Both the position numbers and the translations under genes were made by a program. This document shows, one piece after another, positions 45,713 through 53,609 of a stretch of 53,609 nt of DNA (positions are counted from its first letter, which is position 1; each line of letters begins with the position of its first letter). Source of the stretch: Thermoanaerobaculales bacterium (GTDB lineage: Bacteria; Acidobacteriota; Thermoanaerobaculia; Thermoanaerobaculales; Sulfomarinibacteraceae); the NCBI GenBank assembly GCA_021107705.1, contig JAIOSJ010000317.1:1-53609 (forward strand), read 5' to 3'. The notes beneath the pieces were generated by a model. That model saw only the letters and a list, made by a program, of their open reading frames with translations. It was not told the DNA's origin and ran no database searches.

Positions 45713-48700
45713 CACTCCTCCTTCCAATCGACCATGTTGACCGCCGGCAAGAAGGCCTCGACCGGTTCGGCCACCTCTAGAGTATCTGTTATCTGTAATA
45801 CATGCACCTGCCCGTCGGCGCCGAGATAGACCTCGGCAGTGCCGACGAATCCCACTGTATCCGGGAAGAGCATGTCGCGAGGGCGTTCAGGCAGCGGATT
45901 GCCGTTGACCAGGTTGAGCACGTAGGTACGCACCTCGCCGCCCCTACGACAGGCGTCTGTGGACGACTGCGAAGCACTGAAGGTTGAAAAAATCACGGTG
46001 TGATTCAAGGCGACAGCCGGAGTCACAACCTTTTCCCAGTTGCTGCGCCCCGGACGGGCCAGCTCGATGTACCAACCGGGTCCACCATCACCACCGAGCA
46101 GCGAACCGTCGGCCACCTCCGAGCCCGGAGTCAAGGCGACCAGGTCGGAGTCCGTCAACGCACCGCTCGCCGGCTCGAGAAAGGCGTAGAAACGGTGTGG
46201 CTCGGCATTCGCCTCGAGTAGGTCGTCGCGGTTTCCCGCGCCGACCAGCACGGCCAGACGCATGACGCCGGTCGCATCGTAAAACGCCGGCGCCAGGGTG
46301 GGCCGCATGAAGAACGGTTGGTCACCCTCGGCGGCGAAGAGCAATTGCGGCGACCAGCTCGTGACTCTCCCCGAAACGGGGTCCAGAACGCCTGGTGTCT
46401 CGAGGTCGAGGCGGTAGATCTTGCCCGCCGTGGTCGCCAGGTAGAGCTTCTCGGCGAAACCGTCGAAGTCGAGGTCGAGCAGCTGCACATCGGCGGGCGC
46501 CATTCCGCTGAGGGCGACCTTGAGCAGAATCTCGCCCGTTGCAACGTCAACCCCGTAGAGGAAGCTGCCGGCCGGATCCCGTGAGGCGTTTCGTAAACCT
46601 GCCGGTGACAGGCCGCCGCCAAAAAAGCTCACCATGCGGTCCTCGACCTCAGTGCCGACGACGACCCGCACAAAGGCCACTGCCGGACGAGACCAGGTCA
46701 AACCGAGATCCGGCGCGCCGTTTGCGTCCTCGTCACGCGTATCGGTGAACTCCCAACGAAAGGCGGGCCACGGCGCCGTGCAGTCGTCGGCCAGGGGCTG
46801 TGTGGCACACACCGCATCACGCCCGCCTCCAGGATCGAGCCCGGCCGCTGAAGGAACCTGCCAGGTCGAGACCACGTTGCCATCAGCGTCGTACCGAGGA
46901 TGTGCCTGGTACGCCACGCTGCCGCCGACCGTTGGATCTCCGTCCACGTAGGTGTCCGGATCAGTGACATCGAGACAGACGTAGGATCGGCCCCCTTCGC
47001 GCTGCCCCCACAGCAACACCGTTCTCCACCCGGCCTCCTCATCGACCTCGTCGACCCACACGTCGGCGACGGTCGCAGTCCCATCGACCGTCCACTGGTG
47101 TACCGGCTCGCCCGCCATGCGCGGCATATGACGCATGACGGATGTCGGCGCCCAGGCAAAAAGCTCCCGGCCCGTGCCTACATCGTAGCGGGCAGCGCCC
47201 CCCTCAAACCCGTCGGCATCCCACAGTCCACTGTCGAAGGCATGCATCAGACCGTCGTTGGCGCCGACAAAGAGCACCGATCGCCGGTGTCGATGCTTCG
47301 CGAAGAACTCCCTGTAGTCTCGATAGTTCGAGCTGAAGCAGGGCAGACAGGAGGGCGCCGCCATGCGCTCCGGCTTGCCATGGAACGGATCACCGAGCTT
47401 CTCGATACCGATCACCTCTTCGCCGCTCTCATCGCGCCAGCCATAGAGGTCCCGGGCGCGGACCTCGATCCGGCCGCCCGTAGCATCCGGGCTCTCAGAA
47501 ACCCCACGAATGAAGTCGATGACGAATCGCAGCTCTGTAAGCCTGTCCGTGCTCTCCTCCTGCGGAGTCGACGGCCAGTCTGCGAAAAGTCGGAGGCCGA
47601 GTTCGCGGCGCAGGCTAAATCGTTCGGCTGCGTTTCCCGGATATGCCAACAGCGCCCTTCCTGCGTCGGCGGCAAAGTAGATGGTCCGGGAATCACCGGC
47701 CGTGCCGAAAGGGTTCGCCACGAAGACGTCACCCCAGTCCCAACGGCGGGCCAGGGCCTCGCCCGCGTCCCAGATCGCGAGCTCAGGGTCGAGCCGGCCA
47801 TCGCCTGTGACCGCCGGCCTTCCGATGACAGGGTCGACCGGGTAGGCGCGCAGCGACCCAGACCAAATGGATCGTCCGCGCACAGGTGTGAACGACGTCA
47901 CGTAGGCCATCTGGTGGGCATCGGCACGAACCGAAGGCAGGAGCATGGCGCCAAAGCTGCGCCGGCCTTCCTCGACCCGACGTGTGACGGTACGCAACGC
48001 AGCCAACATCTCCTCCGGTTGGTCGACGAAACTCACGGCCCCTCCTGCGGCGGAGGCCACACACTGCAGGTCGGCCAGCACCTCGTCGTCAAACGCCTGC
48101 TCGTCGCCGAGCAACACGAGAAAGACCGGCACAGGGGCGAGCTCTGCGGCCCGGAGACACGCCGACACCGCCGAGTCGCAGCTGTCGCCACCGTCGGTCA
48201 TGACGACCACGAGGTTTTCGCGGCAGGCGGCAAGCGGATCCTGCCAACTGCCAACCACGTTGGAGAAGTACTCGGCGGCTTGCCGCAGGCTCTCCGCCAG
48301 CGACCGGCGGCCGCAGGCCACAACCGTTTCCGTGCCAGGCAGCGAGTGCTCTCGCCAGGCCGGCAAAAAGGCGGAACCGCCATGGGTGGGCACGTAGAAA
48401 ACCGATGCTGTCTGAGGTCCGAGATAGCTGCCGATACGCCGCCGTTGGTCCCTGGTCTCACCGGTTTCGGGATCCGGTCTCGAGCTTGCCACCAGCGGTT
48501 GACTCCAGGGTTCTTCATGCACGTAACCGCCACAATCCGAACCCGGTGCGAAAACCACGGCGCTCAGTGTGCTCGGTCCCAGCCCATCTTCCGAGGGTTC
48601 ATGATCGTGCAGTACGAAGTGTTGCACATACTCGATCTGGGTCACATGCGGTGGATCACACTCCGCACAGTCTTCGAGCGCCGCCGCCCGCCAACCCTCA

Positions 48701-49650
48701 TCGCCGGCAAAGACCTCGTAGCGTTCGAGGACGTACAAGGTTTCCGAGCCGATCTGGTGCTCACCGAGCTCGGCGAGAACCGCCTCTCGTACGAGCTCCT
48801 GCCAACCGGGCCGGGCGCCGTCGACGCCCAAAAACGGCGCGACACTCTGCCACGACATGGCGCCGGTCAAGCCCTCGACGATCCTCGTCGACGGATCGAC
48901 GGCATTGACGTCAAACGCAGGATGGTAAAAGAGCCGACCCTGGCGCCTCTGCTCGAGGTCGAGTTCGGCCCAAAAACGGGCGCGAAACGGGTTCTCTGCA
49001 TCGACGAGATACGATGCTAACCGGAGGTCGCCCGGCCACGGATCCTCAGTGGCGCCATGGTTCGTGGCGAATGGGTCGGGGTTCGCGACAAAGACCGAAC
49101 GACCGTCCTCTGCGAACCGAATCGGCAGCATGGCCCTGGGATCGGATGCCCCGGCGGCGTTGGTGGCGCCGCCCAAACGCAAGACATCGCCGGCCACGCT
49201 GCCGTCCAACATCGGCGCCTGTCCCGTCGCCACCCGATAAACGAAGCTCAGGTAGGCGATCTGTAAGTCTGCTTGCGCGAAGGTGGTGAACCCGAAGTTG
49301 ATGCCCGGCGCCTCGTCGAGTAGAGTGCTGAGAGCCTGTTTTGCCTGCTGGAGCTTGGCGCCACTCTCGAGCATCCGACGGTAATCCGCACCGAGCAAGA
49401 TCTCGAGATTGGCCGGCCCATACCACTGCTCAAGGAAATCAGCGAATCGTCCGTCATCGTCGGCGTTGGCCACGAAGATCAGGCTCGAGCTCGCCAGGTC
49501 ATGGGTCATCGAGCTACCGGAGTCGAGGATGAGCAGAAGATTCGGCTTGGCGCCCCAGCCCTGCAGCAACGCCCGATCGTCGCCGTGCACCATAGGAGCG
49601 CCGCCAAACACCAGGCAGCACGCGATCCACCAAATGGACCTGCGAATCAT
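45712..49650 (-). CDS. pilY1: PilY1/PilC-like pilus tip adhesin (VWA + beta-propeller)
   Basis: Signal peptide, PNLLLILDSGSSM and TDG VWA motifs, LGDPFH, FVGANDGLMHAFD, GRELFAW.P, VDG....ADV, TWSRP and the DLDFDG Ca loop; follows pilVWX. Confidence 0.9.
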   Translation of the reverse strand: MIRRSIWWIACCLVFGGAPMVHGDDRALLQGWGAKPNLLLILDSGSSMTHDLASSSLIFVANADDDGRFADFLEQWYGPANLEILLGADYRRMLESGAKLQQAKQALSTLLDEAPGINFGFTTFAQADLQIAYLSFVYRVATGQAPMLDGSVAGDVLRLGGATNAAGASDPRAMLPIRFAEDGRSVFVANPDPFATNHGATEDPWPGDLRLASYLVDAENPFRARFWAELDLEQRRQGRLFYHPAFDVNAVDPSTRIVEGLTGAMSWQSVAPFLGVDGARPGWQELVREAVLAELGEHQIGSETLYVLERYEVFAGDEGWRAAALEDCAECDPPHVTQIEYVQHFVLHDHEPSEDGLGPSTLSAVVFAPGSDCGGYVHEEPWSQPLVASSRPDPETGETRDQRRRIGSYLGPQTASVFYVPTHGGSAFLPAWREHSLPGTETVVACGRRSLAESLRQAAEYFSNVVGSWQDPLAACRENLVVVMTDGGDSCDSAVSACLRAAELAPVPVFLVLLGDEQAFDDEVLADLQCVASAAGGAVSFVDQPEEMLAALRTVTRRVEEGRRSFGAMLLPSVRADAHQMAYVTSFTPVRGRSIWSGSLRAYPVDPVIGRPAVTGDGRLDPELAIWDAGEALARRWDWGDVFVANPFGTAGDSRTIYFAADAGRALLAYPGNAAERFSLRRELGLRLFADWPSTPQEESTDRLTELRFVIDFIRGVSESPDATGGRIEVRARDLYGWRDESGEEVIGIEKLGDPFHGKPERMAAPSCLPCFSSNYRDYREFFAKHRHRRSVLFVGANDGLMHAFDSGLWDADGFEGGAARYDVGTGRELFAWAPTSVMRHMPRMAGEPVHQWTVDGTATVADVWVDEVDEEAGWRTVLLWGQREGGRSYVCLDVTDPDTYVDGDPTVGGSVAYQAHPRYDADGNVVSTWQVPSAAGLDPGGGRDAVCATQPLADDCTAPWPAFRWEFTDTRDEDANGAPDLGLTWSRPAVAFVRVVVGTEVEDRMVSFFGGGLSPAGLRNASRDPAGSFLYGVDVATGEILLKVALSGMAPADVQLLDLDFDGFAEKLYLATTAGKIYRLDLETPGVLDPVSGRVTSWSPQLLFAAEGDQPFFMRPTLAPAFYDATGVMRLAVLVGAGNRDDLLEANAEPHRFYAFLEPASGALTDSDLVALTPGSEVADGSLLGGDGGPGWYIELARPGRSNWEKVVTPAVALNHTVIFSTFSASQSSTDACRRGGEVRTYVLNLVNGNPLPERPRDMLFPDTVGFVGTAEVYLGADGQVHVLQITDTLEVAEPVEAFLPAVNMVDWKEE

Positions 49651-50162
49651 CGGTGTGGATCCTGAGGTTCGGACAGAGGAACCGGCCCGATGCTCATCAC
49701 CGCCGACAGCTCGCGGTGATTCTTCGAAAGCGCATGTCGAGCTTCAACATGAGTGCGGTAGAAGAGCAGACCGAGCGGCTCGGCGCCACCTCCTTGCCCA
49801 CCGCCGACCTGCGAACCAAGCTCCTGGCGGGGCGGTCCAACGAGCCGCAGGGCGCCTGTGTTGACTCGAATCGGCGTGCCCGTCGGCCGGGCGTTCGGCC
49901 CTCGACGATCGGCAACGACGAGCTCAAAAGCCCCCGTCTGTTGAATCCTGAGCCGCACACGCGCCGCCGCTACGCCACTGTCGGCGGCGTAAAACGTCTT
50001 CGCGGACCAACGCTCCAGGCCGGCGATGCGGCTGGCATACAAGCTGCGTACAATCAGACCGAAAGCGAGCATCGTCAGGATCGATATCAGAATCAACGCA
50101 ACAAACATTGCCACGCCACGCTCACCGTAGCGGTCCCGCCTATATGAGATACCGACTTTCAT
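49647..50162 (-). CDS. pilX: PilX-like minor pilin
   Basis: ERG|VAMFVALILISIL class III signal lacking Glu5, then FYAADSG; ATGA overlaps on both sides. Confidence 0.8.
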   Translation of the reverse strand: MKVGISYRRDRYGERGVAMFVALILISILTMLAFGLIVRSLYASRIAGLERWSAKTFYAADSGVAAARVRLRIQQTGAFELVVADRRGPNARPTGTPIRVNTGALRLVGPPRQELGSQVGGGQGGGAEPLGLLFYRTHVEARHALSKNHRELSAVMSIGPVPLSEPQDPHR

Positions 50163-51328
50163 CGCACCGCCGGGTGGCTGCGCACGTTGATGCGAACGGT
50201 TGTTGTCCGGTAGCGATAGTGGGGCTCGCCCGGCGCCAAATCCGGGGCATTCTCCAAAGGAGCAGGATGAGCAACCCACCCGCGATCCGGGCTCTGAGTA
50301 CGGCTCACAAGGGACAAACGAAGCTGCACGAGAGTAGCCAGCGCGCCCACCGGTGGCGATTGCGGGTTCTGTGCGCTGAGAAACCATTCGGACGGCCCGA
50401 CCTCCCCATCACCGTTGACATCACATCCGAAAGCGACCTGCAGGTTGCAGACGTTCGGCACCATTTCCTCGGCCCTCACCCTGCCGCCGGGTCTCTTCAC
50501 CCGTAGGCGATACAGGGAGGGTTTTTCGTAGTTGTTGGTAGCGACAAAAAATACCAGGTCGTCGAGAAAACCGCCCGAGACCACGTCCTGTCGATCGAGC
50601 TCGAGCCGGTCGGCCGGGTTGAGAAAGGCATAAACGCCCGCCGGGCTGTCGTCGTAACCCACCTGCATGACGCGGCCCGCGGGGCCGTTGAGAACCTCGA
50701 CGTCGCCTTCGACACGCACAACCCGGTATTGACCGTAGGACCTGCGACCGCCGTGCGCCGCCACCAGATCGAGCGGAGAGCGCAGGGCGAAGAGAAAGGG
50801 CCGATCGGCGGTCGAGGAGGGCGGGGAAAGCGTCTGCGAATCGCCGGTCCATGGCGACGTCTCGCTTACCAACACGCGGCCGGGCGAAATAAAATCGCCG
50901 GCTGCGATGTCGTAGCTCGGACTCGTCATCACTCCACGGATCCGGAGAACATCCGTGCCCGGCGCCGCACGGCGACCGGAGGTGAAGCGCCAGCTCTCAC
51001 CGCTCAGGCTGCTGACGAAGCCGTTGACGGCCGCCACGTTGTCCACCACGTCGACGGCCAGAGGCCTGAGATTGCCCACCGTGTCCGGTACGGCCAGCGG
51101 CAGACCACCGCAGCCGACCATGCGCAGCATGCGAGTGATCGAGCCGGCCGTGTGGCGAAGGTCTTCAGCGGCACTGGCGAGATCCGCCTGGATGGTCACC
51201 GTTCGCTGCAATCGGTTCAAGCCGACCAGAAACGACGCCAGGACGCCGACGAGCAGCAGCAGGGCGACGAGGGCTTCGACCAGCGAGAACCCGTGCGCCC
51301 GCGTTTGCCGCCGCAGATTCCGTCTCAT
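50159..51328 (-). CDS. pilW: PilW-like minor pilin
   Basis: HG|FSLVEALVALL class III signal, LRMVG, EEMVPNV.NLQ..FG.D.NGDG and RTTTVRINVR. Confidence 0.85.
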   Translation of the reverse strand: MRRNLRRQTRAHGFSLVEALVALLLLVGVLASFLVGLNRLQRTVTIQADLASAAEDLRHTAGSITRMLRMVGCGGLPLAVPDTVGNLRPLAVDVVDNVAAVNGFVSSLSGESWRFTSGRRAAPGTDVLRIRGVMTSPSYDIAAGDFISPGRVLVSETSPWTGDSQTLSPPSSTADRPFLFALRSPLDLVAAHGGRRSYGQYRVVRVEGDVEVLNGPAGRVMQVGYDDSPAGVYAFLNPADRLELDRQDVVSGGFLDDLVFFVATNNYEKPSLYRLRVKRPGGRVRAEEMVPNVCNLQVAFGCDVNGDGEVGPSEWFLSAQNPQSPPVGALATLVQLRLSLVSRTQSPDRGWVAHPAPLENAPDLAPGEPHYRYRTTTVRINVRSHPAVR

Positions 51329-51837
51329 TCTCTGACCTTGAGCACCACCAGCGTCACGTCACGACGACCGACCCCGGCCCCTGCGGCTGCCACACAGGTG
51401 ATGCTGATCTCTTTGAGGTTGGCCGCACCGACACCGACAGACCCGGGTGGCAGGGGCGTCGCTTCATCGACCCGCGAGCTCACGACCCTCCAGATCACCT
51501 GGTCGCCATCGACGCCGGCGCCGCCTGAGTGTGTCCCGGCGGCGAGGCGAGCATCCGTCCAGGGAAGCCCAAGCAGGTGCTCCGCGGTGTCGCGGGCACG
51601 CTGTGTCAGGCGAGCGTAATCCCAGCCCGTCGTATTGAGCCTCATCGAGTAGGAAAAAAGCGACAGGACCGCCACTGAAACCACCAGGAGGATGGCCAGC
51701 GCAACCAGAGTTTCAGGAAGTGTGACTCCCGCCTCCAGCCCTCTCGGAGGCCGGGTGTCGCGCTCTGCCGCGAACCGCTCCCGCCGGGCCTCTAAGTGGT
51801 CAAAAATCGAAGAAGTCCCCCTCGAATACGTCGCCAA
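51325..51837 (-). CDS. pilV: PilV-like minor pilin (start uncertain)
   Basis: EAG|VTLPETLVALAILL class III signal with Glu5; small; first pilin of the VWX cluster. Confidence 0.78.
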   Translation of the reverse strand: MATYSRGTSSIFDHLEARRERFAAERDTRPPRGLEAGVTLPETLVALAILLVVSVAVLSLFSYSMRLNTTGWDYARLTQRARDTAEHLLGLPWTDARLAAGTHSGGAGVDGDQVIWRVVSSRVDEATPLPPGSVGVGAANLKEISITCVAAAGAGVGRRDVTLVVLKVRE

Positions 51838-52108
51838 GCTGGCGGGTCAGCGCGGTTGAAAGGGCTGCCGTCAGCCCAGCCATGATCATGGACCCCTTGG
51901 TTCTTCCCACTAAATAACCCACGATTCCCACTCCGGCCACAGACATCATCGGGTGGTTACGGACGGTGTCCTTCCAGTCAACCGATGACGGCACGAGAGT
52001 ATCGAGAATCGCATCGGCATCAAGCCCTCGGGACCTGGCCTCTTCGTTCTGGTTTTCCTCTGCGTCATCGACAACATCATCCAGTAAATCGTTAAGAGAC
52101 GAATCCAT
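51800..52108 (-). CDS. Small protein with a DUF883-like C-terminal membrane segment
   Basis: RBS GGAGGAG; VRNHPMMSVAGVGIVGYLVGR. Confidence 0.7.
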   Translation of the reverse strand: MDSSLNDLLDDVVDDAEENQNEEARSRGLDADAILDTLVPSSVDWKDTVRNHPMMSVAGVGIVGYLVGRTKGSMIMAGLTAALSTALTRQLGDVFEGDFFDF

Positions 52109-52132
52109 GACTCCTCCCATCCCTGCCTTGTC

Positions 52133-52624
52133 TCAGTCGCGGGGGCGGGTGATATAGCCCACCAGAAAACCGGACGCAAGAGCGATCAGGACGGCTTTCC
52201 CAGGGTTCGTTCGAATATAGTCGAGTACCTGATCTCCTTTTTCCTTGAAGTCGATTTCAGCCACCCGATCCCTGACCCGCGAGTAGATCTCCCGGCTCTT
52301 CTCGGCAGCCTGTTCGTATTGGATCTTGGTCTTTTCGTAGAGGACCTCGGCCTGCTCCCGAGTCTTGGTCGCCATCGTACTCATCTTGGCCCGCGCCTCC
52401 GCCATATGACGTTTGGCGTCCTCCAGATGAATCCGCGTGCGTTCCGCCGCTTCGTGGCTTCGCGCAACGGCTTTCCCATACGCATCCTGCATCGTTCCAC
52501 CGGCGCCTTCGAGGGCCTTCTGAGCCTTGCCCAAAGCCTCTTTCACAGCGCTCATGCCGCCGTCTTGCTCGGCTGCAACTTGGTCGATCGCCGCATCCAC
52601 GGTCGGTTGTTGTTTTTTGGTCAT
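52133..52624 (-). CDS. DUF883/YqjD/ElaB-like tail-anchored protein
   Basis: RBS GGGAGG, long amphipathic helix and C-terminal YIRTNPGKAVLIALASGFLVGYITR. Confidence 0.8.
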   Translation of the reverse strand: MTKKQQPTVDAAIDQVAAEQDGGMSAVKEALGKAQKALEGAGGTMQDAYGKAVARSHEAAERTRIHLEDAKRHMAEARAKMSTMATKTREQAEVLYEKTKIQYEQAAEKSREIYSRVRDRVAEIDFKEKGDQVLDYIRTNPGKAVLIALASGFLVGYITRPRD

Positions 52625-52695
52625 GGCATTCCTCCCGGTTGTTGTCGAACGGCTCAATTCTACACGTTTTCCCGAGAGAGACCTAACCCGGCGGC

Positions 52696-52718
52696 GCCGG
52701 AACCAAAAAGGTTCCGGC
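52696..52718. promoter_or_regulatory. Perfect 9-bp inverted repeat upstream of the DUF883-pilVWXY1 unit (possible operator)
   Basis: GCCGGAACC-AAAAA-GGTTCCGGC, about 70 nt before the ATG. Confidence 0.4.
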
Positions 52719-52774
52719 TCCGCCGGGAACTGTAAGCCATTAGCAATTGCAAACGGACCCAAAAAACACAGTCC

Positions 52775-52943
52775 TCTCGCCAAGACGCCAAGATCGCGAA
52801 GAAAGGATATTTCTTGGAAACCTCTCATCCCATCTCCAGCCTTCTTCCCGCCTCTGCGGGATTCTTCCTTCCTGATCCTCTGCGCCTTTGCGAGAGAACC
52901 CTCGTCCTACTCCTCTGCGTTCCCTGCGTCTTTGCGAAAGAAA
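52775..52943. repeat. Inverted short-repeat element (CGCCAAGACGCCAAG / CTCTGCG..CTTTGCG type)
   Basis: TCTCGCCAAGACGCCAAGATCGCGAAG faces CTCTGCGCCTTTGCGAGAGA and CTCTGCGTTCCCTGCGTCTTTGCGAAAGA. Confidence 0.7.
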
Positions 52944-52961
52944 CCCCGTTTCTCCTCGACC

Positions 52962-53070
52962 GCAGGCTGGAAGCCTGCTACCACAATTTGGTCGCCCGAA
53001 ACGCTTCGCGGCAGACGGTCGGCTCGTGGGTGGTTGCCCTTGCGGCTTTCGGGCGCGATGAATCGCGCCC
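52962..53070. repeat. Two REP-like palindromes
   Basis: GCAGGCTGGAAGCCTGC(TACCACAA) at 52962 and GGGCGCGATGAATCGCGCCC at 53051. Confidence 0.7.
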
Positions 53071-53212
53071 GTGGCCGGCTCTCAGTATTATTGAGACCTA
53101 AACTGAGCGATTCTGGTTCGAGGGGAGCCGTTAGCGGTGTTTCGGGGGGTCGACGGCACGATTTTGGGCAGTCGACAGCGAGAACGGGTCTCAACGCATA
53201 TGAATGAGTTAG

Positions 53213-53609
53213 GAATTTGAGATCGGGGCGAATGCGAAGGCCATCACTACGGCCAACGAACTCAAGATCGAGTACATCGTTGGGAAGAGCTTTCGGAAGA
53301 AAGAACGGATTCGTGAGATTTTCTCTGAGCGTGGCGAGACCCCAGGGTTGGTGCACATCTTTTCTGCAACCGAGCGAGTGAACACATTCCGCTCGGGTGT
53401 ACGAAAGGACACAGGCGATCGTCGGCGATTTCCTCGTGAGGGCGCTGCACACCAGGTTGGACGACTTGGCACGCCTGCTGTGCCCGGTGATTCGTCACTT
53501 TCGCTCCGGCTTCTACTGGACCTTGATGCAGGTGGAGTACGCCACCGATGTTACGATCTTCAAGCACCACCGGATGGTGGAACACCGCGACGGGACGCAG
53601 TCGAAGAAA
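53213..53609 (+). pseudogene. Degraded remnant of an IS-like protein (family often auto-annotated as a MarR-type regulator); runs off the window end
   Basis: Two frames give ANAKAI...KIEYI..SFRKKERIREI..ERGETPGLVHIFSA and ALHTRLD..A..LCPV....YWTLMQVEYATD / IFKHHRMVEHRDG. No start codon and a frameshift near 53400; family assignment is from memory. Confidence 0.5.

Noticed and set aside
46900-49020. 706-aa plus-strand ORF
   Set aside because: Antisense to pilY1; Arg/Ala/Gly-rich shadow frame with no domain signature.

Overview
This GC-rich bacterial window is mostly transcribed on the minus strand. Gene style and synteny suggest Acidobacteriota (Thermoanaerobaculia-like) or a deltaproteobacteria-like organism; that is an inference only. 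Type IVa pilus genes occur in three blocks. Block 1 is pilMNOPQ followed by two unknown lipoproteins (one a 1039-aa IPT/TIG-repeat protein), a TPR protein, an MglC/roadblock-like protein, accBC and aroK. Block 2 is an unusual pair of retraction ATPases: a HEAT-repeat-PilT fusion plus a second PilT, with complementary His-box substitutions. Block 3 is pilV-pilW-pilX-pilY1, coupled to two DUF883-like genes, a secreted FxLYD-like protein and an M16 peptidase pair. Between these lie housekeeping genes (rpmB, rel, tgt-yajC-secD-secF with a ComEA-like HhH insertion in SecF, degP/Q), a putative sigma54-driven MoxR-DUF58-BatABD operon ending in a GAF-GGDEF cyclase, and a Ser/Thr kinase plus RNase Z-like pair. 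The intergenic DNA is rich in small repeat elements: two MITE families, heptamer and decamer tandem repeats, and REP-like palindromes. Four orphan gene fragments (a 2-hydroxyacid dehydrogenase, a PilY1 paralogue, HmgA and an IS-like protein) each lie next to such repeats. Three genes are interrupted (TPR and secD by frameshifts, one M16 subunit by an in-frame TAG); these may be sequence errors. No rRNA, tRNA or CRISPR array was seen.
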